Position numbers and translations under genes: made by a program
Notes under the pieces: generated by a model
Seen by the model: the letters and a program-made list of their open reading frames with translations, nothing else
What the model was told of the DNA's origin: nothing
The model's database searches: none
Shown here: positions 61,196 to 64,000 of the stretch, one piece after another
Layout of the letters: every line of letters starts with the position of its first letter
How positions within the stretch are numbered: position 1 is the stretch's first letter
From: Squalus acanthias
Lineage: Eukaryota
NCBI GenBank assembly: GCA_030390025.1
Contig: CM059432.1
Coordinates: forward strand, 64,730,001-64,794,000
DNA: 64,000 nucleotides
Reading direction: 5' to 3'

Positions 61196-62940
61196 TACAT
61201 AGGATTACACAGGATTACATAGGATATACGGCACGAAAACAGGCCATTTGGCCCAACCAGTCCATGCCGGCATTTATGTTCCACCTGAGCCTCCTCCCGT
61301 CTTTCCTCATCTAACTCTGTCAGCATAACCCTCTATTCCTTTCTCCCTCATATACTTATCTAGCCTCCCTTAAATGCATCTATACTATTTGCCTCAACTA
61401 TTCTCTGTGGTAGCGAGTTCCACATTCTCACCACCCTCTGGGTGAAGAAGTTTCTTCTGAATTCCCTATTGGATTTCTTGGTGACTATCTTATATTGATT
61501 GCCTCTAGTTAAGCTCTTCCCCACAAGTGGAAACATTCTCTCCGTATCCACTCTATCAAAACCTCTCATAATTTTAAAGACCTCTATTAGGTCACCCTTT
61601 CTTTTTTCAAGCAAAAAGAGACCCAGCCTGTTAATCCTTTCCTGATAGGTATACCTTCGCATTTCTGGTATCATCCTTGTAAATCTTCTCTGCACCCTCT
61701 CCAGTGCCTCTATATCCTTTCTATAATATGGCAACCAGAATTGTACGCAGTACTCCAAGTGTTGTCTAACCAAAGTTCGATACAAGTTTAGCATAACTTC
61801 ACTACTTTTCAATTCTATCCCTCTAGAAATAAACCCTAGTGCTTGGCTTGCTTTTTTTGTGGCCTTGTCACTACTTTTAGCGATTTGTGTATTTGTACTC
61901 AGAGATCCCTTTGCTCCTCTACCCCACCCAGACTCACACCCTCCAAGGAATAAGTGACCTCTCTATTCTACCTGCCAAAATGTAATACCTCATATTTATC
62001 TGTGTTGAAATTCATTCGCCAATTATATGCCCATTCTGCAAGTTTATTAATGTCCTCCTGTCATTATTTTTTTATTCGTTTATGGGATCAGGACGTCGCT
62101 GGCAATGCCAGCATTTATTGCCCATCCCTAGTTGCCCTTGAGAAGGTGTTGGTGAGCCACCTTCTTTAACCGCTGCAGTCCGTGTGGTGATGGTACTCCC
62201 ACAGTGCTGTTAGGTCGGGAGTTCCAGGATTTTGACCCAACGACGATGAAGGATCGGCGATATACTTCTAAGTCAGGATGGTGTGTGACTTGGAGGGGAA
62301 CTTGGAGGTGGTGGTGTTCCCATGCGCCTGCTGCCTTTGTCCTTCTAGGTGGAAGAGGTCACGGGTTTGGGAGGTGCTGCTGAAGAAGCCTTGGCGAGTT
62401 GCTGCAGTGCATCTTGTAGATGGTACACACTGCAGCCATGGTACGCCGGTGGTGGAGGGAGTGAATGTTTAAGGTGGTGGATGGGGTGCCAATCAAGTGG
62501 GCTGCTTTGTCCTGGATTTGTTACAGTCCTCCTCAGTATTGACAATCCCCTCCAATTTGGTGTCATCCGCAAATTTAGAAATTGTGTTTTTGATTCCAAA
62601 GTCTAAATCGTTAATATAAATTGTGAACAACAGTGGTCCCAGCACTGATCCTTGTGGAACATCACTACCCACCTTCTGCCACTGTGAATAGCTACCCTTT
62701 ACCCCTACTCTCTGCTTTCTGTCCTGAAGCCAGGCAGCTATCCATTCTGCTACTTGCTGCCTGACTCCGCATTCCTTGACCTTATTCATTAGTCTATTAT
62801 GGGGTAGCTTATCGAAAGCCTGTTGAAACTCTAGATAAATTACATCTACTGCATTACCCTTGTCTATTCTCTCTGTTGCCTCTTCAAAAAATTCAATGAA
62901 GTTGGTCAAGCAAGACTTTCCCTTTTGAAATCCATGCTGT
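61196..62940 (-). mobile_element. CR1 LINE fragment, interrupted at ~62066-62516 by a 3' fragment of the second CR1-group family
   Basis: ORFs 62493-62909 and 61360-61812; the insert matches ~31280-31720 in reverse. Confidence 0.9.
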
Positions 62941-63056
62941 TTTTAAGGTTTATTGCAGTTTAAAGAATGGAATTTAAATTTCTCCATTTGATACATTTAT
63001 CCTAGATAAAGTCCTATAACTTTACTCATCGGATAAATGAAGTATCCCCTGCAATA

Positions 63057-63800
63057 CGAGTCATCGAGTCATAACGGCAGAGAAGGAGGCCATTTGGCCC
63101 ATCGAGTCCATGTCAGCTCTCTGTAGAGCAATCCAGTCAGTCCCATTCTCCCGCTCTATCCCCGTAGCCCTGCAAGTTTATTTCCCTCAAGTGCCTATTC
63201 AGTCTCCCCTTGAAAACATTGAGTGTCTCCGCTTCCACCAATTCTGTTGGCAGCGAGTTCCAGGTCCTCACCACTTGCTGCGTAAAAAGGTTTTTCCTCA
63301 CATCCCTCCTGTATCTCTTGCCCAAAACCTTAAATCTGTGTCCCCTATTTCTTGCACCATCAACTAGTGGGAACAGCCTTTCCCCATCTAGCCTATCCGA
63401 ACCCGTCATAATCTTGTACGCCTCTATCAAATCACCCTTCAACCTCCTTTGCTCTAATGAAAACAGATCAAGCTTCTCCAACCTGTCCTTGTAGCTAAGA
63501 TCCCCCATCCCCGGCACCATTCTGGTAAATCTCCTCTGCACCCTCTCAAGTGCCTTCACAGCCTTCCTAAAGCGTGGTGACCAGAACTGGACGCAATACT
63601 CCAATTGTAGCCTAAGCAGCGCTTTATAAAGGTTCAGCATAACTTCTCTACTTTTGTACTCAATACCTCTATTTATGAAGCCCAAGATCCCATATGCTTT
63701 GCTAACCACTCTCAATATGTCCTGCCACCTTCAGAGATCTATGCACCTTAACTCCCAGGTCCCTCTGTCCCTGCACACTCTTTAAAACTGTGCCATTAAG
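63057..63800 (-). mobile_element. CR1 3' fragment (GAGTCATA-tail subfamily), uninterrupted
   Basis: ORF 63137-63715. Confidence 0.92.
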
Positions 63801-64000
63801 TTTATAACTTCTTCAATGTGTTCTTTTACTTTTATATGAAAACTTAACAGCATCGTCTAATCAAGTATCTACCACTTTTGAACTTAAAAGTTAAATCTTA
63901 ATAAATAAGGGAGTAAAATCAAGTGATTATGATTTTAAAGAATTATCTTATGAGGACATTCAGCTCCCAAAACAAAGAGAAGCACAAAAAAGACAAAAGT

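Overview
Eukaryotic, repeat-dominated DNA, most likely from a cartilaginous fish (shark/ray). This is inferred from HE1/V-SINE-like and SacSINE1/DeuSINE-like SINEs and abundant CR1 LINEs. Most of the window is nested, largely decayed transposable elements: many CR1 LINEs of two types, an RTE LINE, several PIF/Harbinger transposons (Myb/SANT plus DDE nuclease) and their MITEs, Tc1/pogo- and hAT-type MITEs, two Gypsy-superfamily LTR elements, and a 26-bp minisatellite. The main non-repeat signal is two small minus-strand exons (43978-44057 and 2509-2661), not represented as this protein in the ORF track. They splice in frame across a ~41.3-kb intron to give the start of a TIR_2-type domain (PKVFISYQWDMQSK|VQKMKNYLEANGLPCWTD). 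Other highlights: (1) a Gypsy element with identical LTRs and a Tf1-style 11-nt self-priming signature instead of a tRNA PBS; (2) a Gmr1-like element apparently inflated to ~26.7 kb by nested insertions; (3) repeated Harbinger insertion at a shared TTGAG/TAGAG-type target. All calls are by eye. No database searches were run and boundaries of decayed repeats are approximate.
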